From Clostridia bacterium (GTDB lineage Bacteria; Bacillota; Clostridia; Christensenellales; CAG-917), in contig JAFVYE010000044.1 in the NCBI GenBank assembly GCA_017500745.1, positions 1 to 32,046 on the forward strand: a DNA stretch of 32,046 nucleotides, written 5' to 3'. Below the pieces are notes generated by a model. It searched no databases and was not told the DNA's origin. It was given only the letters and a program-made list of their open reading frames with translations. Each line of letters starts with the position of its first letter. Position 1 is the stretch's first letter. Position numbers and translations under genes: made by a program. Shown one piece after another: positions 1 to 7,840 of the stretch.

Positions 1-555
1 ATGCCCAACGACAACATCAACAGAAGCATCAAAAAGGCAAGTGGCGAACTCAACTCAATCAACTATGAAGAAAACACCTATGAAGGATACGGCATCGGCG
101 GTGTTGCATTTATCGTTGAAACCTTGACCGACAACAAAAACCGCACCGCAGGGGACGTACGTCACCTCTTTGACAAGTTTGGTGGCGCAATGGGCGTCAG
201 CGGAAGCGTTTCATTCATGTTCAAGCGCAAGGGCGTCATCGCAGTTTCAAAGAGCGACATTGAAGAGGATGACCTCATGATGTACGCACTTGATGCAGGG
301 GCAGAAGACATTCTCACAGAGGATGAAGAAATCTTTGAAGTCCTCACCGTTCCCGGCGAATTGCAAGCAGTCCGTGCAAGTCTTGAAGAAGCAGGCGTCA
401 AGATTTTGTCAGCAGAAGTTGACATGATCCCTGACGTTGAAGCAACTCCCACAGAGGAGCAACAAGTCACACTCCTCAAGATGATTGACAAGCTTGAAGA
501 GCATGATGACGTCCAAAACGTCTATCACAACGCAATCATCACAATTGAAGAATAA
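1..555 (+). CDS. yebC: YebC/PmpR-family transcriptional regulator (5' end cut by the window edge)
   Basis: The open frame starts at base 1. The translation (YEGYGIGGVAFIVETLTDNKNRTAGDVRHLF...HDDVQNVYHN) matches the conserved middle and C-terminal parts of YebC/TACO1-family proteins. TAA stop at 553-555. Confidence 0.85.
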   Translation: MPNDNINRSIKKASGELNSINYEENTYEGYGIGGVAFIVETLTDNKNRTAGDVRHLFDKFGGAMGVSGSVSFMFKRKGVIAVSKSDIEEDDLMMYALDAGAEDILTEDEEIFEVLTVPGELQAVRASLEEAGVKILSAEVDMIPDVEATPTEEQQVTLLKMIDKLEEHDDVQNVYHNAIITIEE

Positions 556-556
556 G

Positions 557-1756
557 ATGAACAGAATTTATTTGGATCACGCAGCCACAACTCCTCTGTC
601 AAAAGAGGCGTTTGATGCGATGTACCCCTATTTTTCAGACACATTTGGCAATGCAAACAGCCAACACGGCTTTGGCAGAGACGGAGCAGCAGCAGTGCTT
701 TCAGCCCGTGAAAGCGTGGCCAAGTCATTGGGCGCAAAACCCAATGAGATTTACTTTACTTCAGGTGGCACGGAGGCAGACAACTGGGCATTGAAAGGCA
801 CTGCATTTGCCCTCAAGGACAAAGGCAACCACATCATCACTTCAAAGATTGAGCACTCTGCAATCTACGCCACCTGCAAGCAACTTGAAAAGTATGGCTT
901 TGAGGTCACCTATCTTGACGTAGACGGCGACGGATTTGTTTCTCCCGACACTCTTGAAAAGGCAATCACAGACAAGACAATCCTTGTGACAATCATGTTT
1001 GCCAACAACGAGATTGGCACCATTGAGCCCATCAAGGAGCTTTGTGAAGTCGCTCACAAGCACAAAGTGCTTTTCCACACAGACGCCGTGCAGGCAACTG
1101 GTGCCGTGCGCTATGACGTCAAGGATTTGGGCGTGGATATGTTGTCATTTTCTGGCCACAAATTCTATGGCCCCAAAGGCATCGGCGGTCTTTATATCAG
1201 AAGTGGCATAAAGATTGACAAGCTCATCATCGGCGGGGAGCAAGAACGCACCAACCGTGGTGGCACAACCAACGTTCCTGCTGTGGTTGGCATGGCAAAA
1301 GTCCTTGAAATCGCCCTCCGTGACCTTGACAAAAACAACGAGTACGTGTCCTCCCTCCGCAACAGATTCGTGGAGAAAGTGACCGGACAAATAGATGAAA
1401 TCTATTTCAACGGCCCCAAGAGTGACAACTACGACAAGCGTTTGCCCAACAATGCCAGCTTTTCATTCCGCTATATTGAAGGCGAGAGCATCTTGTTTTC
1501 ACTTGACCTTGCAGGCATAAGCGCATCATCTGGCTCTGCTTGCTCATCAGGCAGTCTTGAGCCCTCAAGGACCTTGCTTTCAATTGGCGTACCCGTAGGC
1601 ACAGCCCACGGCACAATCAGATTCACATTTGGCAAAAACAACACCGTGGAGGAAGTGGATTATGCAGTTGAACAACTTGTTTCAATAGTCAACAGACTGC
1701 GTGCAATGTCCCCCCTGTATCGTCCTTCAACCACCACCATGAAAACAATAAAGTAA
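557..1756 (+). CDS. nifS: Cysteine desulfurase, NifS/IscS type (class V aminotransferase)
   Basis: N-terminus is MNRIYLDHAATTP. The PLP-lysine motif SFSGHKFYGPKG and the catalytic-cysteine loop SSGSACSSG are present. I chose the ATG at 557, one nt after the yebC stop; the track ORF from 485 is an upstream in-frame extension that overlaps yebC. Confidence 0.93.
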   Translation: MNRIYLDHAATTPLSKEAFDAMYPYFSDTFGNANSQHGFGRDGAAAVLSARESVAKSLGAKPNEIYFTSGGTEADNWALKGTAFALKDKGNHIITSKIEHSAIYATCKQLEKYGFEVTYLDVDGDGFVSPDTLEKAITDKTILVTIMFANNEIGTIEPIKELCEVAHKHKVLFHTDAVQATGAVRYDVKDLGVDMLSFSGHKFYGPKGIGGLYIRSGIKIDKLIIGGEQERTNRGGTTNVPAVVGMAKVLEIALRDLDKNNEYVSSLRNRFVEKVTGQIDEIYFNGPKSDNYDKRLPNNASFSFRYIEGESILFSLDLAGISASSGSACSSGSLEPSRTLLSIGVPVGTAHGTIRFTFGKNNTVEEVDYAVEQLVSIVNRLRAMSPLYRPSTTTMKTIK

Positions 1757-1771
1757 AAATCGGAGATATAT

Positions 1772-2143
1772 ATGTACAACGAAAAAGTTATGCAAGCATT
1801 TCAAAATCCGCAAAACGTTGGCGAAGTTGAAAACTACAACGCCATCGGCACAGTAGGCAACGAAAACTGCGGAGATATTATGCAAATCACAATGCTCATT
1901 GAGGACGGCATCATCAAGGATGCCAAGTTCAAGACTTTTGGTTGCGCAGCAGCAGTGGCATCAAGCTCAACTGCAACTGCAATGATCATCGGCAAAACCA
2001 TTGAAGAAGCACTCCAAATCAAAAATTCAGACGTCATTGAAACCCTTGAAGGATTGCCTCCTCAAAAGATTCACTGCTCAGTTCTTGCAGAAGAAGCAAT
2101 CAAGCTTGCCATTGAGGATTACTATTCAAAGCAAGGCAAATAA
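1772..2143 (+). CDS. nifU: Fe-S cluster assembly scaffold, NifU N-terminal / IscU type
   Basis: All three conserved scaffold cysteines are present (NENCGD, FGCAAA, IHCS). It lies directly downstream of nifS, with GGAG upstream of the ATG. Confidence 0.92.
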   Translation: MYNEKVMQAFQNPQNVGEVENYNAIGTVGNENCGDIMQITMLIEDGIIKDAKFKTFGCAAAVASSSTATAMIIGKTIEEALQIKNSDVIETLEGLPPQKIHCSVLAEEAIKLAIEDYYSKQGK

Positions 2144-2160
2144 GACAAAGTATAACAATA

Positions 2161-2192
2161 AAAAAGCGTTTGCAGATGCAAACGCTTTTTTG
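2161..2192. terminator. Bidirectional intrinsic terminator between the convergent nifU and lipoprotein genes
   Basis: Perfect 10-bp arms AGCGTTTGCA (2165-2174) and TGCAAACGCT (2177-2186). An A-run lies upstream and a T-run downstream, so the hairpin can work on both strands. Confidence 0.85.
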
Positions 2193-2215
2193 ATTTCAAT
2201 AGGATAGAATGCTGA

Positions 2216-2713
2216 TTAATAGCTTCTTACAAGAGTGACGCTTTCCCAGTCGCCAAGGACAACGATGTCATCGTAGCGGTACACCATATATCTCTTGGGA
2301 AATTGGATTGTCAAATCAAACTCGCCATTTTCAAGCTGTTGCATAAGCTTGTCATATTCCTCATCATATTGTTTGGCAAGGTCCTTGAAGAAATCCTCAA
2401 GCTTGTTGGCTGAGTCGGTGTCATCCATAAAGTAGATGGCAACCTCCCACACAGCAGAGGGCACGTCGCCATATTCCTCATGGACGGTGGTGTCCATCTT
2501 GTATGCGTATATGGTTTTTTTGATTTTGAGCCCGCTCATTGCAGGGTCGCTCATGGGGATGATGGAGTGGCCGGCCATGATAGTGTACTCCTCTTTTTCA
2601 AGGCGAGAGAGGATTGACTTTTCGGTCATGGTCACCTTCATGCAACCAACCAAGGACACAAGGAGCAGAGCCACCAAAAGTGTTGATAAAATTGCGATAG
2701 CTGTCTTTTTCAT
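2216..2713 (-). CDS. Hypothetical lipoprotein (about 165 aa)
   Basis: Signal peptide MKKTAIAILSTLLVALLLVSLVGC carries an L-V-G-C lipobox. I recognise no family for the mature part. I chose the ATG at 2713; the track start (TTG at 2728) lies inside the predicted -10 box. Confidence 0.7.
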   Translation of the reverse strand: MKKTAIAILSTLLVALLLVSLVGCMKVTMTEKSILSRLEKEEYTIMAGHSIIPMSDPAMSGLKIKKTIYAYKMDTTVHEEYGDVPSAVWEVAIYFMDDTDSANKLEDFFKDLAKQYDEEYDKLMQQLENGEFDLTIQFPKRYMVYRYDDIVVLGDWESVTLVRSY

Positions 2714-2719
2714 AGGTCT

Positions 2720-2748
2720 ATAATACAATTATACTTGACTATTGTCAA
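2720..2748 (-). promoter_or_regulatory. Sigma-A-type promoter abutting the lipoprotein ATG (leaderless configuration)
   Basis: Read on the minus strand: TTGACA (2748-2743), a 17-nt spacer, TATTAT (2725-2720), the 6 nt AGACCT, then ATG (2713). No Shine-Dalgarno sequence can fit. Confidence 0.55.
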
Positions 2749-2810
2749 GTCCTGCCAAAAATTGCCACTCAAATTTCACGGCGATTGCACAAACTATCCT
2801 TGGAGGCAAT

Positions 2811-2942
2811 ATGAAAAAGATGATGTTTGGAGTGCTTGTAGGAGCACTCACCACAATGGCAGTTTACACCGCGGGCAACGCAAAGGCAGTCCGCAGAGCC
2901 AAGCGAGCAATCGTCAACAAAGTTGAGGACTTGCTCAATTAA
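2811..2942 (+). CDS. Small (43-aa) membrane-anchored peptide, unknown function
   Basis: GGAGG at 2802-2806 lies 4 nt before the ATG at 2811. The peptide has one hydrophobic helix (MMFGVLVGALTTMAVYTA) followed by a basic amphipathic tail (KAVRRAKRAIVNKVEDLL). A terminator follows immediately. Confidence 0.55.
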   Translation: MKKMMFGVLVGALTTMAVYTAGNAKAVRRAKRAIVNKVEDLLN

Positions 2943-2973
2943 AAACGGGAGCATTTGCTCCCGTTTGTTTTTT
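2941..2973. terminator. Bidirectional intrinsic terminator between the small peptide gene and the convergent protease gene
   Basis: Stem ACGGGAGC (2945-2952) pairs with GCTCCCGT (2957-2964) around a 4-nt loop. An A-run lies upstream and TTGTTTTTT downstream. Confidence 0.85.
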
Positions 2974-2975
2974 GT

Positions 2976-4112
2976 TTATGCAGTCGTATACGGAATGTTG
3001 ACTTCAAAGTATTCCTCGGCCCATTCAATGAATTCAATTAGGGAGGAAGATGACACGCCAAATCCCATATTTTCAACGTTTTCAGCCACGATTTTTGACT
3101 CAACAACTCCAACCACTTGGCCGTACTTGTTGATCATTGCCCCACCGCTGTTTCCAGAGTTGATTGCGCCGTCAGTCATGACAAAACTGCCTGCGCCCCA
3201 ATTTGGCAGATTAAGACTGGGCTTTGACACGGTGCCTGCTGTGATGCTGAGGCCTATGCCTTGGGGGTTTCCTACAATTGCAATTTCATCGCCGTAGTTG
3301 ACCTTGTCCTCTGTGGCAATGGCAAGTCCTGCCTCGCTTCCGTCAAGGGTAAAGTCGGGCTTTGCTCCCACAAAACGACAGATTGCAAGGTCGGGTTGAC
3401 CAATGACGTCTGTGGACACTTTGACGGTTTGGGTTTGTCCAAAAAATCCCCCGCTTGCAATGGTGTAGTTTTCACTATACGTTCCGTATGCCACAACCTC
3501 AAGGTTGTATGACAGGGCAGGATTGAGCAGTTCAAACACACAGGTGATTGAGGTGTGCTCGTGCATTTCTCTGTCTGCAAGAGAGGTGCCACCCCCTGTT
3601 TTCCAAGGGGTCATAACCACGTGAGCGTTTGTCACCAAAAAGATGTCCTCGCCCACACCAATGACAAAGCCAGAGGCCTTGCTTGATGAGGGATCATGGG
3701 TGTTTGTTTGAGGGGTTGAACAAGTGACCACGGCCACGTATTTCATATATTTGTCGGCCACCACCTCAACTGTGGACATATTGATGAGGTCCGCTGCAAG
3801 CTGACCGGCCCTATCCGTCACGTCATCCAAGATGTCTTTGTCCTTGATGGCATCGTCCACAGCGGACTGATATTGCTCCTTCATATCCTCAGTTATACGG
3901 TTGGCATATTCGGTGGCAATCTGTGATTTCAATGATGCCAACACAATCACGTTTACCACAACCATAACGCACATAAACACAGCGGTCACAATGGCTGCAA
4001 TGGTTGCTGTGTTCTTTCTTTTGGGCCCTTCTGGAGTGGGAGTGTGATAGATTGGTGTTTTTTGGTTGTTGTCGTTGCTGTCACGATCAAAAAAGTTGTC
4101 AAATTCGTCCAT
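2976..4112 (-). CDS. Membrane-anchored trypsin-like (S1 family, HtrA/DegP-like catalytic domain) serine protease, no obvious PDZ domain
   Basis: The catalytic triad contexts are present: TNAHVV (His), DLAICRF (Asp) and GNSGGAM (Ser). There is one N-terminal TM helix (IAAIVTAVFMCVMVVVNVIVLASL). The start is uncertain. The ATG at 4112 has AGAGGA 3 nt upstream; the in-frame ATG at 4136 has no RBS. Confidence 0.85.
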   Translation of the reverse strand: MDEFDNFFDRDSNDNNQKTPIYHTPTPEGPKRKNTATIAAIVTAVFMCVMVVVNVIVLASLKSQIATEYANRITEDMKEQYQSAVDDAIKDKDILDDVTDRAGQLAADLINMSTVEVVADKYMKYVAVVTCSTPQTNTHDPSSSKASGFVIGVGEDIFLVTNAHVVMTPWKTGGGTSLADREMHEHTSITCVFELLNPALSYNLEVVAYGTYSENYTIASGGFFGQTQTVKVSTDVIGQPDLAICRFVGAKPDFTLDGSEAGLAIATEDKVNYGDEIAIVGNPQGIGLSITAGTVSKPSLNLPNWGAGSFVMTDGAINSGNSGGAMINKYGQVVGVVESKIVAENVENMGFGVSSSSLIEFIEWAEEYFEVNIPYTTA

Positions 4113-4156
4113 ATTTCCTCTTTTGATGCAATGCATCTTGTTGTTGTGTTCAGTTT

Positions 4157-4185
4157 ATTATAGCAAAATTAAAGGATTATTAAAA
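4157..4185 (-). promoter_or_regulatory. Possible extended -10 promoter for the protease gene
   Basis: The minus strand reads TGcTATAAT (-10 at 4162-4157, TG at 4165-4164). The -35 (TTTTAA at 4185-4180) is weak. Confidence 0.35.
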
Positions 4186-4274
4186 CAAAAAAATTAAGAT
4201 GTAGACGTTGCGGACAAATTGATTGAGCAAAAAATAATAAAATTCTATTTAAAATACATCAAACATGCATATCA

Positions 4275-4303
4275 TTGACAAAAAGGAAGTTATGTATTAA
4301 AAT
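4275..4303 (+). promoter_or_regulatory. Sigma-A-type promoter for the degV-apbE operon
   Basis: TTGACA (4275-4280), a 17-nt spacer, then TAAAAT (4298-4303). A leader follows, carrying AAGGAG at 4322-4327. Confidence 0.6.
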
Positions 4304-4332
4304 AATTCTACAAAAAAGTACAAGGAGTGAAT

Positions 4333-5199
4333 ATGGCAGTATTATTTTGCGATACCGATTGCGAGCTTTGGTACACAACGGCCAGAGAACTTGACCTCAA
4401 AGTCATCGGTATGCCGTACACCGTAAACGGCGAAGAAAAATTGTACGACCTTGGTGAAAACACTGATTTTGTTGGCTTTTTCAATCAAATGAAAGCCGGT
4501 GCTTCCGTCACCACTTCTGGACTTAATTTTGACACTTACGTTGACATATTTGAGCCATATTTCAAAGAGGGTCAGGACATATTGTACGTTGCGTTTTCAT
4601 CAAAGATGTCTGGCACCTTTGGTCCCATGCAACAAGCAGTTGATGCTCTTTCTGAAAAGTATCCCGGCGTGAGATTTAAAAAATTTGACACCTTGAACAT
4701 CAGCATGGGCACAGGTCTTATGGTCTATTTGGGAGCAAAAGAGTTCATCAACAACGGCGGTGACATTGACAAGACCTATGCATATCTTGAGTCAATCTTG
4801 AACAAAGTTGGCATTTATTTTGTGGTTGACGACCTCAAATATCTTGCTCGTGGCGGACGTCTTTCACCCAGCAAAGCAGCATTTGGCAATCTTATGCAAC
4901 TCAAGCCCATCCTTCGTGTTGGCGATGAGGGCGAGATTGACGTTTACTCAAAGCAACAGGGCTCCAAAAAAGCGCTCAAATTTATGGTGGATGAGTTCAA
5001 AAAGAAATATAGTCCCTTTGACAACGCTCCCATCACCATAGTTGGTGCCAACAACGACAAGGCCGTGGAAGAGGTCAAAGCACAAGTGCAAGAGTTTGCC
5101 CCCGATGCAGAGATATGGGTGCAACCTGTGGGCCCCGTCATTGGTGCACATTGTGGTCCGGGCACTTGTGGCATCATCTATCCTTCCGTTTCAAGATGA
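4333..5199 (+). CDS. DegV-family fatty-acid-binding protein
   Basis: Length and layout are typical of the DegV family (MAVLFCDTDCEL..., central SGTFG, DDLKYLARGGR). AAGGAG lies 5 nt upstream of the ATG at 4333; the track start at 4327 is a GTG inside the RBS. Confidence 0.85.
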   Translation: MAVLFCDTDCELWYTTARELDLKVIGMPYTVNGEEKLYDLGENTDFVGFFNQMKAGASVTTSGLNFDTYVDIFEPYFKEGQDILYVAFSSKMSGTFGPMQQAVDALSEKYPGVRFKKFDTLNISMGTGLMVYLGAKEFINNGGDIDKTYAYLESILNKVGIYFVVDDLKYLARGGRLSPSKAAFGNLMQLKPILRVGDEGEIDVYSKQQGSKKALKFMVDEFKKKYSPFDNAPITIVGANNDKAVEEVKAQVQEFAPDAEIWVQPVGPVIGAHCGPGTCGIIYPSVSR

Positions 5200-6200
5200 G
5201 GAAGAAAACAGCACTATTCATTATTACAATTTTGATTTGCATTGTTTCGTTGACTGCATGCAGTTCAACGGAACAATTTTTTGTATTTGGAACTTTCCTT
5301 GACGTCACCATTGACGGCATATCATCAAGCAAATTGGTCGGCCAGATCAACAACTATATGGTAGGGCTTGAAGAGGTGCTTTCTCCCACCATTGAGGGCA
5401 GCGATCTTTACAAAATCAACAACGCAAAGGCAGGAGAAGCCATCCATTGTGGTGAGGACACAATGGCGTTGTTTGCTGTGGCAGAAACTCTTCACAAGCT
5501 CACGGACGGGGCATACGATCCCACAATTTATCCCCTTGTTCGCCTTTGGAATTTTAGCGGGGACAAGTTTTCACACGTAGAAGGAAAAACACCTCCAACA
5601 GATGATGCAATAAGCAATGCGCTACGCCTTGTTGGATTTGACAAAGTGTTCGCAATAGACCACGTGGCAGGCACCGTTACAAAAAAACAGGGATATGACA
5701 ATGCCATGGTGGACTTTGGAGGCATGGCAAAGGGCTATGCCGTTGACAAAGCCATGGACAGCTTGGACAAGAAAGCCCTCATAAACCTTGGGGGCAACAT
5801 CGGGGCAATAGGCAAGGATTACACCATTGGCATCGGCAATCCCCGAGAGAGTGTCACCGCATATTACGGCTCATTCACTCTTTGTCAAGGTCAATTGATT
5901 TCAACCAGCGGCGACTACGAAAGATGCTTTTTCCACGAGGGAGAAAGATATCATCACATCCTCAATCCCGCCACAGGCAAGCCATCAAACAGCGGACTGA
6001 TTTCTGTCAGCATAGTGTGCAGTGACGGAGCAGTTGGCGATGCATTGTCCACAGCGGTGATGGTGCTTGGGGCAGAAAAGGGCAAGGAAGTTGTTGCCCG
6101 CATAAGCAGTGTGCTTGGCCTTGACATCAGCGCAATTTTGATTTTTTCAGATCTCAGCTTTGAGGTTGTCGGGCAGATTGACTTTGTCAAAAAGGCATAA
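5196..6200 (+). CDS. apbE: FAD:protein FMN transferase (ApbE family), lipoprotein
   Basis: Signal peptide with lipobox MRKKTALFIITILICIVSLTAC. The body is ApbE-like (YDPTIYPLVRLW, DFGGMAKGY, STSGDYER, HHILNPATG, GDALSTA). The ATG at 5196 overlaps the degV stop (ATGA). Confidence 0.9.
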   Translation: MRKKTALFIITILICIVSLTACSSTEQFFVFGTFLDVTIDGISSSKLVGQINNYMVGLEEVLSPTIEGSDLYKINNAKAGEAIHCGEDTMALFAVAETLHKLTDGAYDPTIYPLVRLWNFSGDKFSHVEGKTPPTDDAISNALRLVGFDKVFAIDHVAGTVTKKQGYDNAMVDFGGMAKGYAVDKAMDSLDKKALINLGGNIGAIGKDYTIGIGNPRESVTAYYGSFTLCQGQLISTSGDYERCFFHEGERYHHILNPATGKPSNSGLISVSIVCSDGAVGDALSTAVMVLGAEKGKEVVARISSVLGLDISAILIFSDLSFEVVGQIDFVKKA

Positions 6201-6279
6201 AATGATTGCGTTGGCAATTCTTTCAAAATCACACGAAAAGCAGTTTAAGACATAAATTTATGCATATAAACACTTTGTT

Positions 6280-6657
6280 ATGAAAAATAAGCTCTTCAAA
6301 GACATATTCAAAAAGGGCGATATATTGATCGCTGTTGTGCTCATTGTGGCAGTCGTATTGACCGCCGTTTTTGCCACACGCACAGAGGAGAGCTTTGTTG
6401 AAATCTATGTGGACGGACACCTTGCATATCAACTTGATCTTGACGCAGACATTGTGGTTGACCTTGCTGACACCATCCACAAAATTGACCTTGTGGTTGA
6501 GGTCAAGGATGGCATGGTCAAGGTGACAGAAAGCAACTGCCCAGACAAATTGTGTGTTCATAGCAGTGCCGTGTCATCGGCAGGTGGCATGATCATTTGC
6601 TTGCCCAACAAGGTGGTTGTCAAGGTCACACCCAAGGAGGTTGATGCAATATCATGA
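6280..6657 (+). CDS. NusG domain II-containing protein (membrane-anchored)
   Basis: N-terminal TM helix, then a beta-rich domain with the characteristic CPDKLCV...IICLPNKV motif. It sits in the usual position before a Gx transporter gene. No Shine-Dalgarno sequence is visible upstream. Confidence 0.75.
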   Translation: MKNKLFKDIFKKGDILIAVVLIVAVVLTAVFATRTEESFVEIYVDGHLAYQLDLDADIVVDLADTIHKIDLVVEVKDGMVKVTESNCPDKLCVHSSAVSSAGGMIICLPNKVVVKVTPKEVDAIS

Positions 6658-7247
6658 AAAAGTCAGCCCCCAAGTTTACAATGAAAAACGTCAACGCAAA
6701 GCGAGTGGCACTCTCTGGCATTATGCTTGCTCTTGCGCTGATTGTCGCTTTGCTTGAAAGCATGATTCCGCCAATCGTGCCCATGCTCCCGTACGCCAAG
6801 TTGGGACTCACCAACGTGGTTCTCCTTGCATGCTTCTTGTTGGTGGGCGTGTGGGAAGGATACCTGGTGCTTGTCATCAAGTGTGTGCTGTCAGCGGTGT
6901 ACGCAGGCAACATGGCAATGCTCCTTTGGTCATTGCCTTCAGCTCTTGTGGCATACACGGCAATGGTGTTGTTGCATCGCACAAAACTCTTTTCTGTGAC
7001 TGGGCTGTCTGTGACGGGAGGCATGCTCCACAACTTCACACAAATCCTTGTTGCCACAATAGTGGTGGGCAAATCTGTGTTTTTCTATCTCCCTTACATG
7101 CTTTTGGCGGGAGGTGTTGCGGGGCTTGTGACAGGTGTCATATGCCACTTTGCCGTCAATGGACTCAAGGACAAAGTGTCTTTTGACCGCAACAAAGAAG
7201 AGTATTACAGCCAAAAGGATGAGGAGGATGGCGCAGAGGTAAAATGA
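6654..7247 (+). CDS. Gx transporter family protein (heptaprenyl diphosphate synthase component I-like, ECF S-component-like membrane protein)
   Basis: Multi-pass membrane protein whose N-terminal region (RVALSGIMLALALIVALLESMIP...LPYAKLGLTNVV) is typical of this family. The ATG overlaps the upstream stop (ATGA). Confidence 0.75.
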   Translation: MKKSAPKFTMKNVNAKRVALSGIMLALALIVALLESMIPPIVPMLPYAKLGLTNVVLLACFLLVGVWEGYLVLVIKCVLSAVYAGNMAMLLWSLPSALVAYTAMVLLHRTKLFSVTGLSVTGGMLHNFTQILVATIVVGKSVFFYLPYMLLAGGVAGLVTGVICHFAVNGLKDKVSFDRNKEEYYSQKDEEDGAEVK

Positions 7248-7304
7248 CGTTGTGGCAGAGCAAGACGCAGTAGACGTCAAATGATTAAGCAAAAAAATGC
7301 AAAA

Positions 7305-7333
7305 TAAAAAGCACTCAAACGAGTGCTTTTTTT
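7305..7333. terminator. Bidirectional intrinsic terminator
   Basis: Stem GCACTC (7311-7316) pairs with GAGTGC (7321-7326) around the loop AAAC. An A-run and a T-run flank it. It lies between convergent genes. Confidence 0.8.
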
Positions 7334-7346
7334 GTGTCCAAAAGTT

Positions 7347-7733
7347 TTAGGCAATTATGTTTGCAATAAACATTCCAAGATAGGACAACACCAGTATTGC
7401 AAGGCACATAAAGAAGGACAAGATCACAAAGAGGAAGGATAGGTGCGCAATGGGCTTGCATGCGTTTGCCCCTGCCACAGCAAGGATTGTGCCCGCTATG
7501 CTTGTGCCAATACCCAGCCAGCAGAGCAGTTTTTCTGCTTCAAGAACTGGCTTTCCAAAGGTGTCTGCCACCGAGTTGCCAACACTGCCAACAAAAAATG
7601 ACAACGCCACAACAAGAGCAAGACAAAGAGCGACAATTGACAGAGCAAAGCCCACAAAGAGGACAACCTTTCTTGCTTTGGGTTGGCGATACACTTCGCT
7701 GCTATGGGTGTATGTGATTTTATCTTTTGCCAT
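7347..7733 (-). CDS. Hypothetical small integral membrane protein (128 aa, 3-4 TM helices)
   Basis: A short basic N-terminus is followed by several hydrophobic segments. It has its own promoter and terminator. I recognise no family. Confidence 0.65.
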   Translation of the reverse strand: MAKDKITYTHSSEVYRQPKARKVVLFVGFALSIVALCLALVVALSFFVGSVGNSVADTFGKPVLEAEKLLCWLGIGTSIAGTILAVAGANACKPIAHLSFLFVILSFFMCLAILVLSYLGMFIANIIA

Positions 7734-7739
7734 ACCAAT

Positions 7740-7768
7740 ATTTTAATACACGCGGGCGCTTCTGTCAA
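7740..7768 (-). promoter_or_regulatory. Sigma-A-type promoter abutting the ATG of the 128-aa membrane protein (leaderless configuration)
   Basis: Read on the minus strand: TTGACA (7768-7763), a 17-nt spacer, TAAAAT (7745-7740), the 6 nt ATTGGT, then ATG (7733). Confidence 0.6.
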
Positions 7769-7840
7769 TAGCAGTTTTGATTGGTGCAAAAGATGGGAGC
7801 TTTGTTTGAGACCTGCACACCAATTGCAAGCAAGCCAGAG

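Noticed and set aside
485-556. Upstream in-frame extensions offered by the ORF track. These are nifS from 485, apbE from 5115, topoisomerase B from 11349, hydrolase from 10282, pepF from 17398, yqfD from 21592, degV from 4327, and the ferritin-like gene to 31288.
   Set aside because: In each case an internal ATG has a proper Shine-Dalgarno sequence or stop-start coupling and begins exactly at the conserved N-terminus or signal peptide. The extension either overlaps the preceding gene or promoter elements, or encodes non-conserved sequence.
4137-4326. A 190-nt AT-rich intergenic region, considered as a candidate ncRNA or riboswitch.
   Set aside because: It lies between divergent genes and is fully accounted for by two promoters and their short leaders. 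I saw no conserved riboswitch-like helices and no terminator or antiterminator pair.
6251-6262. A perfect 12-bp palindrome, CATAAATTTATG, and a weak TATAAA box 9 nt before the ATG of the NusG_II gene. This would be a possible fourth near-leaderless gene or an operator.
   Set aside because: The palindrome is short and purely AT-rich, so it is easily a chance occurrence. The -35 is poor and no terminator separates the gene from apbE, so read-through from the degV promoter is the simpler explanation.
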